From NCBI GenBank assembly GCA_003971905.1, contig RSEE01000013.1:744001-808000 (forward strand): DNA of 64,000 nucleotides, written 5' to 3'. The notes beneath the pieces are model-generated. The model did no database searches and had not been told where the DNA came from. It worked only from the letters and a program-made list of their open reading frames with translations. The position numbers were made by a program, and so were the translations under genes. Source of the DNA: Moniliella sp. 'wahieum' (lineage: Eukaryota). Positions 61,797-64,000 of the stretch are shown piece by piece (position 1 is the first letter of the stretch; each line of letters begins with the position of its first letter).

Positions 61797-64000
61797 CCCC
61801 GCTGACCGGAGGGCCCAGTCATGTGGACTGGATCCATCTCCTCGACGCGGAGTTGAGCAAGATGGCTTGTCCGGGCGGGACGGCCGAGAGGCTTGGTGAG
61901 GACGTCCGCTGGGTTCCTTTCGCCGGGGATGTGTCAAGATGGCCTCGCCGAGTCCACGTGTTGCCGTACATTGTGGTACCGGATCTTCAGCTCTCGGACT
62001 TGCCGGTGCTGCCAAATTTGTGGGCGAGATCGACGACAGACTTATGTCGCAATACCCAATGAATGGGTGTACCCTCGCCGATGGCCCCAAGCTCGATCAT
62101 GATGTTCTTGACATAGTTGGCGTCCCAGTCATCATATCCTGCCGTATAGCGGCGGCGGTACTGGTAACGCTCTTCGGCTGAAATGGATCGCACGACACCG
62201 GCACACCGTACACCATCAGTAGGCATCCGATGTGGAGCGTGCCTGGATGGGATCTCCCGCCAAGTCGGAATCTGTATACAGCGCAAATGGCCGGTGCATC
62301 TGATGTTGGGGTCAACCTCAGGCCCTTTCCTCGAGTATGGACAGGTAGCGAAGGAAGTCATCGACTGCTTGATGATGCTGCTGCTGCATGGGTCGGCAGC
62401 GGCTCTGCTGAGGGGCCGTGATAGCGAAGAGTCAGGCCGGCCCATTCGTTGCAGCCCACAGTCCCGATCCGATCTTCCCCTGATATGCCTTGCGCAAGGC
62501 TGGGAGGGATGGGGGTTCAGGGTCGGCACGGGGCGGTATCATCCGTACGGGATGTGGGAGAGTCCGGATCCACGGGGCTTTGATGTGGTGCTTTGCCACC
62601 ACTTCCTCGATGAACTTTGGTTGGCTCAGGTACAGCTCCCCACCGATCCGATCGTATTGGCATCCCAGGTGGTAGTGAAGGGGACCGTTACCACGAACAT
62701 CAATGTGTGTGTTTATCTCGGCCATAAACTCCTCGTACTTTTGGTGTGACTTGCATGCGAGGAGCAGATCGTCGGTGTGGACCGCCAGGAGGATCTGCTC
62801 ACCCGGTGGTGCAGCGCGCACGAACAAGCAGGGCTCGGTCAAGCTTTGCGTGAAGCCGAGCTTGTCACGCAGCAGGTTCCGGATGTATCGTGCCCAGTTT
62901 GCTCCGCTCTGATGTAGCCCGTATAGACTCTTCTTGAGACGCCACACGCGACCACCCGCTTCGGGGAAGTAGGGGGGTGGGCGGATGTAGACTGCTTCTT
63001 CGAGGGGGGCGTTCAGGTACGCTGCATTGACGTCCGCCGAGAAGAGGCCAAACTTATACTTCTCGGCCAGCACGACGAGGGTCAGGATGGCAGGTGTGCG
63101 CACCGATGGTGCGAACGTCTGGCCCCAAGTCTCGGCCGATTGTTGGTGTCCGCCCGCGACAAAGCGCGCGCGGTGGCGCAGGAACCGGCCCTCGGCGTCC
63201 GTCTTTGTGGTGATGCGCCATAGTCCTATGAGGATTTGTGCACCCGGTGGTGGGTACGTAGCCTCGTAGGTGCCGTATCGCGCGAGTGTGGCCACCTCGT
63301 CGGCCATAGCCTGCTTGACCATGGCAAAGGAGGGGTGAGTCTCGAGACCCTTGAGCGTCTTGGGAGCGAGGGGTACGCCATCCTTGGTGAGCTGAACCGT
63401 GTCCGGGTGGATGGGTGCGCTGAGAGCAGTCATGGCGGCGTATTCGGGAGGTTGAACTGTGTCGGCAAACGGGGGGGCGGATGTGTCAGGTAGGGGGCGG
63501 GCGATGCCGATCTCTGGTGCGGCGCAGTGGGGCGTGGCGGCTGCAGCACGAGCATGGTAGGTCGTGTCGGTGGGGTCGTCAGCGATTGGGAGTGTGTGCA
63601 GGTCGAGGGAGGTGCGGGTGGTGCGCTGGCGGAGGGGGTAGCGGCGCGGAGGGGGGGTGGTGGTGGGAGCGGGTGTCTGGGGTGTGGCGGCGGTTCGGGG
63701 CATGGGTGCTGCCGCGGCTGGCGGAGTAGGGTTAGCGTCTTTTTCACTGTCGATTTTAATTTGAGGTGATTTGGAGATGTCGGGTGGGAAGTGGTCGGGG
63801 TGGAGATGGGGGTAGATGGCGTTGCCCCATTTGTACGGTTTCGACCAGCGGTAGGTGAAGGTACCCAGGGATGGTTGGTATGTGGCGAAGAGCCATCCCT
63901 TTGATCCGCGCTGATGGTGGTATCCTACCAGCATACCTTCCTCTGCCCGCGCGCTGAGCTTGTGCTCGCGGCGTGACTCGGGCAGATGGAGGTATGCAAC
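61542..64000 (-). mobile_element. Ty1/copia LTR retrotransposon, 3' part (post-integrase region, RT, RNase H); truncated by the window edge
   Basis: KLSARAEEGMLVGY, RARFVAGGHQQ, TFAPSV, DVNAAYLNAPLEEAVY, LKKSLYGL and RT motif LAVHTDDL. RNase H YTDSD..RSTS and ..ADVLTKPL with frameshifts. Domain order INT-RT-RH is copia-type. Confidence 0.95.

Overview
GC-rich, gene-dense eukaryotic DNA from a basidiomycete fungus. Introns are short GT..AG with CTRAC/GCTAAC branch sites; an Ustilaginomycotina-like origin is inferred from protein similarity recalled from memory, not from a search. About 26 protein genes are recognisable. Housekeeping genes: TOM22, MMS19, panB/ECM31, MIC10, LSM4, a CYC2-like FAD/NAD oxidoreductase, frataxin, a flavin-reductase-like protein, RGD1, VTI1, a Ctr2-like copper transporter, SFT2, PAN3, TIM44, a class 3 lipase and a bZIP factor, plus several low-complexity hypotheticals and a tRNA-Ala(AGC). 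The right third is more accessory: L-ornithine N5-monooxygenase (sid1/SidA) with SreA/Urbs1-type ATCWGATAA promoter sites, a fatty-acid-hydroxylase-type P450, a bacterial-type alpha/beta hydrolase, and the 3' half of a Ty1/copia LTR retrotransposon running off the right edge. Most genes, including essential ones, carry single-base frameshifts, which points to an unpolished long-read assembly. CDS boundaries are therefore reconstructed by eye and approximate. No CRISPR array or rRNA is seen. The best candidate for an undescribed system is the NRPS-less, co-oriented sid1-P450-hydrolase cassette transcribed divergently from a bZIP gene.
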